A stretch of DNA of 64,000 bases from Bilabrum cf. latius (GCA_965178125.1 OZ237765.1:248001-312000), one strand, 5' to 3'. Positions 53,019 to 63,911 are shown, counted from the first letter of the stretch. Numbers and translations: made by a program. The notes: a model not told the origin generated them from the letters alone.

Positions 53019-55784
53019 ATGTCACGCCTCTTGCTAGTTGTAGCTATGAGCGTTCCAGTCGTGGCGGCGACGGTTTCAATCGGATCTAGCAGAGTGTCAA
53101 GGATTGAGATTGATAGAAATCGTCAGTACCGGATAAAGCAGTATCAATTTAAAAGTGGCATAGATGGTGTACGGCAAAGCACGAGCGTAGCTTGGGAGCC
53201 GCGTGATCTCGAGGTGAGCTTCATGCTGGCTGGCACCAGCCAGTTGACGATCCCGTTCGGGCGGGATGCACGGGGTTAGCGGGTATCGGACTCAATAAGC
53301 ATATTTTTAGATGGGATTCCTATCATTGGGCGGGATAAAGCCACCAGTTGCGTAGCAGAAAGGGGCCGTACCAGATGTAGCACCACGGTCCCATGGCAGA
53401 CAATGCGTCCGGGGGAGCACGTTGTGGCGGTGTATGCAGTACTTGACGAAACGAGATCAGGACAGCCAACATTGCACGCATCTCCAGCACATCGAATCCG
53501 GGTCGTCCCCCCTCCCGAACCCGACCAGGCACTCGGGCAGTACAGGAGCATGTGGCCAGCCGTCCCCCCTGCCCAGCCTTCCAGCCCATCCCATGGCGAT
53601 ACAATGGAAGTCACGGACGGGCTGCAACAGTATCGGCTGTACCCGATCGACATGCTCCCTCGATCTGCCGCATTCAACACGTCCCTGTTCCGGGCAGGCA
53701 CCTACGTCACTCTCAACGACGTGATCGCCGCCCAGGCCATGCAAAACATCTCCAAGGCTGCAGGCGAGCACGCCGTGCACACGGTGGAGCAGGTGCTCCG
53801 CTCCGACTCGCTCACCGTTGAAAACGCCACCAAGAAATACGTCCTCAACGACACGATCGTGTACCCCGACCTCCAGTACATGGTGCACAGCAGCTTTTAC
53901 CAGCACCAGCCAGTCCTCGGGTACCCCTGCTTCTACACGGCTAGACAGGGGCAGCCCGGGTACATCCCCGACTGCCCGGGGGTTGCAGCCGCCGCAGCTC
54001 GCAAGGCCGAGTGGATGGTCCAGTCGGGCCTGCAGTTTGCGCTGTCGGATGGAACCAACCGGGGCTCCTGGCCATCGAGTGCTAGCGATGTGCTCCAAAT
54101 GAGACCGGCCGAGGTGTTCGCAGCGCAGTGGGCTGCACTCAGGGAGCAAGGGACCGCCACTCCCGATTTTGGCGTGTGGGCCGCCATCAACGGCAACTGG
54201 ACGCTGTACCAGCAGTACCTGGATCGGATCTACAACGACCCCAAGCTGGGGTCTCTGGTCCCCCGCGCCAGGGATGGTCGCAAGGCGTTCTGGACCGTCA
54301 ACACAATCCGGCCGTGGGAGCGCCTGTCTATCTTCCACCCACCAACAACACAAGAGACGCAGCCGCACGCTCCTTTAGGGATCGGATCAGAAGATCGGAT
54401 CGGGATCGGATCAAAGGGCGCGGGCAGGGTATACCTGGACATCAACCGCACGTCCGCCGAGCACCTTGCCTCAAACGGCGGACGCAACGACGTGCTGGTG
54501 CAGTTCACCTGGCACGCCGAGAACGTGCCCGCCTGGTGGAACGCGAGTCTCAAGGAGAGGCAGGCCTGGACCTACCTGGGCGCCTGCTAGGACACCCAGG
54601 TGGCCCCCGGGGTGCCTTGCGACACTCCCGTGCAGAACGCCACGGCCCTGGGCAAGGTCATGACGGTCAGCGCCAACACCGTTCTAGACTCTGTTCCCTT
54701 TGCGTCTCCTGGGAAGCGCCACGGGCTCGCCCTAAAGTCCCAGTTCCTCTCCGTCTTCCGGCAGCTGGCGACTCCCAGGGAACAAGGAGGCGGCCTGGAT
54801 TTCCTCTTCCTGCCCTCGTGGAACGAATTCAGCGTGATCGCGCAGACGAACCCGTGGAACGTTCCGAACCCCTACTTTTAGGCCATGGGTCTGAAACAGT
54901 TCGATGCGCGCAAGAACGTCATGTTCGTGGACGGGTACGCAGAGGCGAAGAGCAGGACGATTGAGCCCTCGGTGGACGACGGCGGTCGCATCATGGAGGT
55001 GCTCGCCTCCTGCCTCAGGGTCGCAAGAGCGGTGGAGCTGGGGGGCATCGTCGCGCAGGCCGCCATGGGTACCGGCGGTGTGACGAGTGCTGCCGGTTGC
55101 AACGTTGCAGGGGAACCCTGCTGCGAGCACGGCCCTCTGGAGCTGCTCACCGGGGTGTGGTCCTTCGAGCGCTGGGTCAACGGCACCGATGGTGTGACGA
55201 GTGCACACGGTGCGAAGAGCGGGACGCTGCTGGGGGCGGCTCTGACCTCGGAGCCGCGGGAGGCAGGGGCGATCAACGGCACGGAGGGCTGGTCGGAGGT
55301 ATGCGCGTGGTACGGCAGCTTCGGGCAGTTCTGCCGGGACGAAGGGTACATGAGGGAGCAGCCCTATGATCGGATCAAGCGGGGGCCGCTCATGCTCCTG
55401 CCAAACTCAACGGACACTTCGCAAGTCCCATTCCCGACGGTGGCGCTGGTGCGTTGCAAAGGAGCTGCTGCGATGGGCGGAGGTGAGCGCGGAGCAAGTG
55501 CTCCGGCATCGAATATCCCGAGCACGGGCTTCGATTTCGGCCTATAGGGGAATCCCTGGCCACTGGGATGCCGCGGGGGGCAGGAGGACGAGGACTATGT
55601 GCTGGGGATTGCTGCGGCGGACCGGTCTGCGGGCTCTGCATTTCCGAGGCCCTTGCGCAAGTGCGTGCGTAATTCCGTACCGGGGCTGAGTATTGATGGT
55701 CCCGTGGCAGTAACCTATCACGTCATTGACGGCACATGCCTTGGCGGCGACCAGGAAGCTGGCTTGCTTGGGTTCGTGTTTTGA
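53019..55784 (+). CDS. Secreted protein with a putative glycoside-hydrolase-like (GH99/GH71-type) barrel, ~921 aa
   Basis: Signal peptide MSRLLLVVAMSVPVVAA. Five ORFs join via TAG 53277, 54588, 54879 and 55545. FLPSWNEF...TIEPSVDDGG recalls the WNE...IEP motif of GH99-like enzymes (weak family call). Stop TGA. Confidence 0.6.
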
Positions 55785-55985
55785 GTCGAATGAGCGATCC
55801 ATTGCGGCATCACACAAGCTGTACATTCTTCCTGGTAAATTAGTAAGATGTACATCAGGCGAAATCTATGCTCGAAATGGATGCACCGTGAGTGCTAAGA
55901 TTCGTCTCGACCGCTGGTACCGTAAACCGGAATAACAATCGGCCACGGGCGCGTGCATGGAGTGCTTCAGTTTGCTCCAAAAAGC

Positions 55986-57761
55986 ATGCCGCTTCGAGTA
56001 CCTCTCAACAATGTGTAGCTGGAAAGCCTTGCCGAATAGTATGGTACGCCATTCCAGCTGTACGACGAAGTGGGGATCAGGGCGAACGTGCGCAAGCTCC
56101 TGAGCTCCTTCCGAGAGAAGTTTCCCAGGTTTGAGCAGTTCTTCGCGGTAAAGGCACTGCCGAACCCAGCGATCTGCAAGCTTCTTATTGATGAGGGCTG
56201 TGGCCTCGATTGCTCGTCCACATCGGAGCTCTGGCTAGCTCGCAAGCTGGGGGTGCCGGGAAACAAAGTCATGTACACCAGCAACTACACATCGGCCAAG
56301 GACCTGCAGTTCGCCGCCGAGTACGGCGTGATCATCAACCTAGATGACGCTACTCTGGTTGACACCCTGGCTGGCGTGTCCAGCCCGTTCCCAGAGACGA
56401 TTTGCTTCCGCGTGAACCCCGGCCTCGGCCGCACGGACAGCAGCACCAAGTCCAACGTGCTCGGAGGGCCCGACGCGAAGTTTGGCGTTCCCGTGGAGCA
56501 GGTCGTCGACGCCTACCGCAACGCCAAGGCCAAAGGCGCCAAGCGGTTCGGCATCCACATGATGACGGGCTCGTGCGTGCTCAAGGACGAGTACTGGAGC
56601 GAGACGGTCACGAGGCTCTTCCAGGTCATGCAGGAGGCCAGGGAGCAGCTCGGGATCGAGTTCGATTTCGTCAACATCGGGGGCGGGCTTGGCATCCCCT
56701 ACAAGCCCGAGGACGCCACCAAGACGGTGGACCTCGAAGGCCTCTCCGCCAGAATCAGGGCGACGGTGGACGCGGCGCTCGAGGCATCCGGAGCCGGAAA
56801 GGCGGCCGCGGCCGGTTCCGCTGCGGCACCGCGGACACTCCCGGCGCTGTACATGGAGAATGGGCGGTTCATCACGGGCCCGTACGGCTGGCTGGTCACC
56901 CGCTGCAACGCGACCAAGGAGGCCTTCGGGCAGCGGTACTGCGGGGTGGACGCGTGCATGGCTCATCTGATGCGGCCGGGCATGTACGGTTCCTACCACC
57001 ACATCACCGTGCCCGGTAGGGAGGGCAGGGTCACTGTGGCGAAGCTTCCCTCCGGCCCGGGGAGGGAGGCCGACGGCGGTGGTGACGCTGACGGGTGTGA
57101 CGAGTGCGAGCGTGCCCCCCTGAACGTGGTGGGTACCCTCTGCGAGAACAACGACTGGTTCGCCAAGGAGAGGAGCCTCCCGACCGCTGCCGGCAGGGGG
57201 GACCTCTTTGTGATTCACGACACGGGGGCGCACGCGCACTCCATGGGCTTCCAGTACAACGGCAAGCTGAGGGCGCCCGAGCTGCTGATCCGATCCGGTT
57301 CCGCAGGCGAGGCGCCGCGCGTGGAGCAGATCCGCTCCCGCGAAAAGGTAGAGGTGCTGTTCGCGGACACGAGCATTCCGAGCGACATGGGGGAGCAGCC
57401 CGACTTCGGCAGGCCCGTGGCACCCGCAGTCTCCAGCGTGCTGGAAGGCCTCAACATGACGCTGGGTGCGCGGCCGCTCGGCGCGGCCGCGGGGGCCTAG
57501 GGTCCATTGGATGCGAGTGACCCGTTTTGGTGCGCACCCGCGAAAGCCAGTGAGGGCTGGGGTGGTTTCTCGTGGGCCGTCCCCGCGGTGGTGAGCGTGG
57601 CGCTTGGCGTGGGCCTAGTGGCTGGCCTGGCCCTGTCGAGCCCGTCGGGGACCAAGGCGAGCCTCGCTCGGGCGGTGTCCGGGGAGGGAAGACAGGCGGG
57701 TGCCGCTGGGAGCACCTCGGCAGCGCTGCACCGGTTCGGCAAGGGAATGAAGAGGCAGTGA
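55986..57761 (+). CDS. lysA: Diaminopimelate decarboxylase with a C-terminal hydrophobic extension, ~591 aa
   Basis: LAE*YGTPFQLYDE, FFAVKA (PLP Lys), KFG, HMMTGS, NIGGGLG, ENGRFI, VVGTLCENND, DTGAH..SMGFQYNG. TAG at 56016, 56037 and 57498. Stop TGA. Confidence 0.93.
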
Positions 57762-58324
57762 GCGGACGGGAAGGCGGGCGGAGTCTGGCTCGGTCATGAG
57801 CAAGGTGTACGCGATTGCAGTAGTTCATTTCTTGTACTTTTGAAGTAGATACGGAATCCGGATTCCGGGTGTAAACGTAACAAGCACGTTGGCTAACAAA
57901 TAAAATTTACCAGTATCGTTGGTGAGGCTGGGTGTCTGAGATCCGGGATTGCGGTCGCGCGGCAGGCGCAGCACCCGCTTGGGATGCTGGATGAAGTGCG
58001 ATGCAGCGAAGCGCTAGAGAGAGCAGTCGAGAAAGCCAGTCCAGTGAGGTACGAGCAGGAGCGGCAGCTAGGGGCTAAATAGGGGAGATCCGGATGAGGG
58101 TGGAGTAGGGAGAGGTGACGGTTCACCAAGTGGGTGAGGGATTGGTCTATCAGGGGAGCCACCATCTTGCCTATCTGCTTGTAATCCCCGGCCTCACTTT
58201 CGCCACTGCTCCACCTCCGCCAGCCGCTCGCCGAACGACTGCCCTCCACCTCGAAGCCCACTTTCCCCACCTGCGTCCTAGTGTACCGTGGGCGCAGCAA
58301 CAGACGTGCGAACAAATTGTAATC

Positions 58325-60130
58325 ATCCGTGACCCCACAGATCTTGTCGTGTAGTAAGTGTGACGAGCACGCCCACACATCTTGGCGTGTTTGGCACAAA
58401 CTCCTATTTTACGCGAGATTTAATGAGTATTCTTTGGGAAGTCTTTGCTTCAAGCATTTATATATATCGTAATCGTAGTATGGTCAGGAGTAAACCTCGA
58501 AGTAGGCTTCATGCACTGTACTAGGGCTGTGTACCGTACGTGTTGGATCATCTTTACTATTGATACTTGGATGCGGGCCGATTTGTATGAAACGTAAACT
58601 ACGACTCTCCCAACTAAGCCACATATAGCATGTACATGTGTGATTGGCTCTATTTTATGCTTTGCGTCACTTTTGTGCACTGAGTTGAAGCCGGAGGTTG
58701 GATCGATTGGGCATCATAACTACGTGCACTTTGCATGATGCATGCAGACCAAACTGATTCGATTTTTGCGTTGTTTTGGTTTATACTATTATAGGCCTCA
58801 TCATTCTTGGAGTTTTACCGCTCCATAATCATACATTACTGAGGTCGTTGCCCGTGGCCAGATTCGCTGGCTGGTACACATGAGACAGAGTCGCCCGACT
58901 TGGGCGTCCATGAGAAAGCTAGAGACTGAAAACGCACTCTTGGTAAAATTAGGACTTCATTGAACCATTGGTATGAGTGAATCTACTGTTGATGCATTAT
59001 TGAAGGAGCATAAACGGTAGTTGTTCGTGTCGCTGGCTGACCTAGCACCTCGTGTCACTGAACCAGGTCCCAGGCCATTATTCAGGGTGGTAGATAACTC
59101 CGACCTAGCCGGTTGGATAGAATACCAATGTATGGCATGATTTCAGGTACAGGAAATTGCAGAACAGCAAACGACTTGGGCACAGGATACATGCTTCGCG
59201 CACCTCTACCGATTGACCGACGGCAGGACTGCGTGGGCCATGCTCGCCAATATTCAATCAATACGCATATCATCGCATGAATAGAATCCTCACTAATATT
59301 TAATGCATAAATTCTGGCTTAGATGGCTGTATGCCTCATTAAAGAGCGAGGATCGGTGGATTCGCCCGTGATGCAAGATCCGCATACTGGTGTAGAGACC
59401 TGCCGTTACAGACGGGCTCTGCAACATGTGCAAGTTAAGCTTTGGACTATATCGTCTACTTCCATATAAAGATTGCATTGATACGATCCTGCGTGTAGTA
59501 TGCTGCGCTCATCTCGCATTGGTGTTGCCAGGTTCTGACTTGATCTGCACAAACGCATGTTTAGTCGACAAAACGGGCCCATCGGAAACAACTATCGGAA
59601 TTCCATGCTACGCATTTGTTTTTGAAAGCGCTCATATTGGAAATGTTGCCTACAGTTTGCGCTGCAAGCCGATACTGTAGAATACAGAGATGAAAGAAAG
59701 CAAATTTAGTGGCAGTCCAAAGAGGCCTGGTTCAACGAGCTACAGCGTGCCTAAATTTGAATAAGCACCAAAATTGTTTGGCTGTATCGATAGTTTTAAT
59801 AGTCATGTTCTGCATGTACTGATACGACATCAATGGGTTTGCTTAGAGTACAATGATTTTGGAGATACAAACTACCTGTCAAGATGTGTGGGGACACTCG
59901 TCACGATATTGAGCCCAGCTGAAGCCCAAATCCACGGTTTTTGATCGCGCATATCTCTTGCAGTATACAAGATATCAAAAATCTTCTTTTTGATCTAAAA
60001 ACTAGAAACTAACGACTTCACACGGAGATATAATTCAGTTGCATTATGCCGTGTTAATGAACGTTCCTGAGTGCTTCCTTTTTTAAATATTCCGAGTCAA
60101 CTACACGACAAGATCTGTGGGGTCACGGAT
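58325..60130. mobile_element. AT-rich 1.8-kb terminal-inverted-repeat element (degenerate or non-autonomous DNA transposon)
   Basis: A perfect 31-bp inverted repeat ATCCGTGACCCCACAGATCTTGTCGTGTAGT lies at 58325..58355 and 60100..60130. A second imperfect inverted pair lies at ~58360..58384 and ~59880..59904. The interior is much more AT-rich than the genes and has no intact long ORF. Confidence 0.8.
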
Positions 60131-60310
60131 TGTACTGTCGGTCAGTTTGCCAAAGCACAGCGTGGGTGGCCCAGCAACGGCTTAGGCGCCTGGCACCACA
60201 AGATTTAGGTTCGGTTGCAGATCGAAGGATATCAGGAATTCAATGGTCGCTTCCAAATTCTTTGTTGGAGCAGTGAATGTTAGTGAAAGACACGCCGCAG
60301 GCAAGCTGCC

Positions 60311-63300
60311 TCAGGGCACGACAAGCCCACCCTCCGCGAACAGGAACGCGTTGTCACCGCAAGGACCCGACTGCACGGTGTAGTTCCCGGGCATGACCCT
60401 GAAAACCGCGTCATCATCCACCATGGCTAAGTCGCTCGCGACGATGGGCACCTGCACCTCCTTGCTCTCACCGCCGGACAAACGCACTTTGGTGAAACCC
60501 CCGAGGCGCATCCAGAAACGGGCGGTGAGCGTGACCCCCGGGGGGTCATTCAGGAAGACCTGCACCGTCTCCGCTTGGTCCTACCCCACACCGTCCTGCT
60601 CCCGGGTCACGGTAACGGTCGCAACCGCCATGACGTCATCGTGGTGGTCCTCCCAGTCCTGGGGTGTGACCCACGACGATGCCTGGGCTAGCGCGCTGCG
60701 GTTCGGCTGGATCCGGATGGACTCGTAGGTCACGCTCGAGTAGCCCACGCCGTGCCCGAAGGGGACAAGGGGTGTGCCCGTCCCCACTCGGTTGACGTAC
60801 TCTGCGTACGCCCTGCCTCCTGGAGGGTTGATCACCTTGCTCCTGTGCCCCTCCGCAACAAAGTCGCCCACGATCCGGCTGAGCCACGGCGCCGCGCTGG
60901 AGTGCACTGCACCCACGGTAGAGGGCCAGGCGGCCGGCTCCCTCCCAGAGGGGCTGAACGCGCCCACAAGAGCCTCCGCCGCAGCCACGGCCCCGCGCTC
61001 ACCGGGCCTCCACAGGTCGAGCACAGCCCCGACGGGAGACTTGTCGCTGTCCCAGAACAGGGTGTTGTTCGAGGTTTCCGCCCCAAAGGTCAGCGGCCGG
61101 CCGTGTACCAGCACCATGGCGACCGGGGTGGTGAACGCGGCCAAAGCGTCGGCCGGCAGGTCCGCGGCCTGCTCAACGGACATATCGAGGCTGTCAGCAG
61201 CCCTCTGCACCCCTTGCTTGGTGATGTTCCCTGCGATTGCCTCCAGGAGCTGCAGCTGTCCCCCGGGAAGGTCCAGCGTGGTCACGTCCTGGTTCTCGTC
61301 GCACGTCTGTAAAGTGTCGCCCAGCACCAGCACCACGGCATCAGAGGACAGGGCGGACTGCACCGCGGCAGGGATCAGGTCCAGGCCGAGACCCTTGTGC
61401 ACGTCGATGTGGCACCCCTACTGCACCGAAAGCGCGGCGCCAGTTCCGTTCAGAGCGCCCTCCATGGCCTCGTCGAAGAGGGGCACGTGCCTGCGGTCGC
61501 TGTCGAGGGAGTACGGCCCCAGCAGCGCGGCTCGCTGGAGGCACCAGTCCGGAGTGGGGTCGCCGAGCTTGTTGCCTGGGTCATGATTTGGCTCCGAGTC
61601 GCCGTCGTCGGTGAAGCAGGAGGCCAGAGGGCCGATGAGTGCGACCGATTGCGCCCCAATTCGAGCAGCGGAGAGGGAGCTGCCTGCGATGGGCACTGGC
61701 CGCTGTGCCCCTACCTGCCCGGGTGCCTGCTGCTGGTGCTCATACTGTTCCTGTGTCTTCGTCTGATGGGCGAGGTGTAGGAGCTGCTGCTTGCGAGCGG
61801 CCCAAGGGGGCAGGTGACCAGCGTCTGCGTCCACCGGCGCATCAGGACTCAGCCGAAGAGTGCCCGCCCGAAGCGCGCTCTGGTGCTGCGCGTGACCCGC
61901 GCTGTCCAAGGCGCCCCCAGCGGCGGGGACGATGGGGAGGGTGTGACGAGTATTCCGGATCATGGTGACGGCCTGACGCGCCGCCTCCGCGTTGATGGCG
62001 TCGTGCTCGGGGCTCCCAATGTCCTTGAGCCTCGCTGGATCCGCCATGGGGTGGTCAAAGAGGCCCGTGGCGAACTTGAGGGAGAGCACACGGCAGACGG
62101 ACAGGTTGATCTGCTCCATGGTGACCAGCCCAGCGTCCAGCGCGGGCTGCAGGTAGGCGTACCCCTGGTACTCCCAGGGGGCACCACCTCCCTGTAGGTC
62201 CTGATCCACGCCAGCCCGCAGCGCGGCTGCCGCAGCGTGGGCCATGTCGGGTACAACTCGGAATGGTACGAGGTTGTCGATGTTGCGCTCGTCTGTGATG
62301 ACCATGCCCAAGCCGGAACTGCCGCCCAGCCGCAGCTGGCCGCGCAGCTGATCCGTCAGCATCTTGCGGTTTGCGTGCATTGGGATCCCGTTGGTGGTCT
62401 GGTGGCTGGCCATGACGGCCCTTCCCCCCGCCCAAGCGAACCTTCGCCAGGGCTTCAGGAACACCTCCTGCACCGTCTGGTTGGTCGTCTCGGCAGCAGC
62501 AGCATTCAGGCCCCCGGCAGCGTCACCGTACCCCGCGAAGTGCTTGCCCAGCGCGGCGATGGTGCTGTTGACGCTCGGGAGGTACCCCTATGCCCCCAGG
62601 GGAGTGTTGGGGCCCTGCAGCCCCTCCACCACTGCGGTTGCAACGTGCGCTGACAGGGTTGGGTTGGGGCTGTACCCCTCGCTGAAGCGGCCCATGCGGG
62701 CGTCCATGAAGAGGTTGATTACAGGGGCGTACCCAGTGTCTGCAAGCGAGCGAGCGAGCGAGTGTGTGAATCGGGGGAGAGAGGACTGGGGCTCAGATAT
62801 CGTGCATACGTGAAGACGTTAATGAGGAAAACATAGATGCTTACCGGCCCCGATGGCTCTTGCTTCCGTGGCAATGGCCTGCGCGATGCTCTTCCACAGC
62901 GTCCGGTTCCAGCTCGAGGCCTGGCCTGTGGGTGCGGGAAACACGACACCTCCCCAGGTGCCCGAGTGCAACGTCTCTGACTGAAATGAAACGGGGATTT
63001 TAAGCCTAGCCGACTTCAGTACGGCCTCCTGCACGCGATTGCGCTGGTACTGAATCTGCTCGATGGTGGCATTCACCTTCCACTGGCCAGTCATCCAATG
63101 CATTGACGCAGCCCCGACCGACGTGTTGCTGAACTTGTCAATAATTTCTTGGGCTGGAAGCGTGTAAACACTCCAAAGCTGTTTAATTTTCTCCTCTGTT
63201 GTCATCCCCTCCATCAAATCTGCTACGCGCTCTTGAATAGGCCTTGACGCATCCATATAAGCCGGATTGACACTTGCAGCGGCATCTGCCATCGCTACTG

Positions 63301-63343
63301 AACACCCAAAGAAGGCTAAGCATGCGCCCGCATGCAGAGTCAT
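60311..63343 (-). CDS. Glycoside hydrolase family 3 beta-glucosidase/xylosidase, secreted, ~975 aa
   Basis: RVADLMEGMTTEEKI, RLKIP..SETLHS, FPAPTGQASSWN, DARMGRFSEGY, KHFAGYG, VITDE (nucleophile Asp), PFGHGVGYS, and a C-terminal Fn3-like ETVQVF..LGGFTKV. Intron 62740..62844. TAG at 62588, 61418 and 60581. Stop TGA. Confidence 0.93.
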
Positions 63344-63798
63344 CGTTGATCACGGTGTAATGTGCAGGATCCGTGTCGAAGATCGACGCGCCAGCCGCGC
63401 TGTCGCCCGGTTCCGCAAAGAAACCCAAATATACCAGGGAAGGCCTGGGCAGGATGTCAGCATGGGCACAGCTTGAAAATACTTTATTCAACGTAGCGGC
63501 TGCACTGTTGGTTTGAACAGACACCTGTGCAGGTATCCAAACAAGATCCTGTGACTTAAGTCGCACCAACGGCAACTACCGTATTCTAGGTTGCACCAAG
63601 GAATACAGCCATCTCCAAAAGCGCCATAATCATTTCCTATAATGAGGTTGGTAGCGATACCTCGCAAATGGAGCCATTGGACTGTACGGTTGTAGTGGAA
63701 GCTCAACACGAGCTCCGGCACTTTGACAACAATAGCATATACATTTCAACACAACATGATGCCCCTATCGCGCACCAATCCGTACTGACTCTATTAAA

Positions 63799-63911
63799 TC
63801 ATCGCCTGGACCTCTTCACCGAGGTGTGGCCGGTGTAGTCGTTGATCATTGCCCGGATTGACGGCACGCCCTTGATCACAGCTTCGGGGAAGAGCAGCAG
63901 CGTCGCCCGGA
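63799..63911 (-). CDS. Probable terminal exon of a gene extending beyond the window
   Basis: A pyrimidine-rich ...CTCTCGCAG acceptor at 63912 is followed by a GC3-rich frame RATLLLFPEAVIKGVPSIRAMINDYTGHTSVKRSRR-TGA. Confidence 0.35.

Noticed and set aside
57852-57867. Perfect 16-bp palindrome CGGAATCCGGATTCCG downstream of lysA
   Set aside because: Single occurrence with no supporting context.
58316-60134. ATTGTA as a 6-bp target-site duplication of the TIR element
   Set aside because: The left copy is separated from the TIR by extra bases and the right copy overlaps the TIR, so it is not a clean TSD.
515-63343. Interpreting the fragmented ORFs as pseudogenes or as separate small genes
   Set aside because: Every internal break is TAG, never TAA or TGA. 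There are no frameshifts other than canonical introns, and catalytic motifs are intact.
515-63343. Pyrrolysine, selenocysteine or programmed readthrough as the explanation for TAG
   Set aside because: There are too many sites with no common context, a tandem TAG-TAG occurs, and the aligned residue is Gln.
63488-63721. ORF MPELVLSF... as a gene
   Set aside because: It lies in an AT-rich intergenic-like region, has a non-ATG start and shows no recognisable motif.
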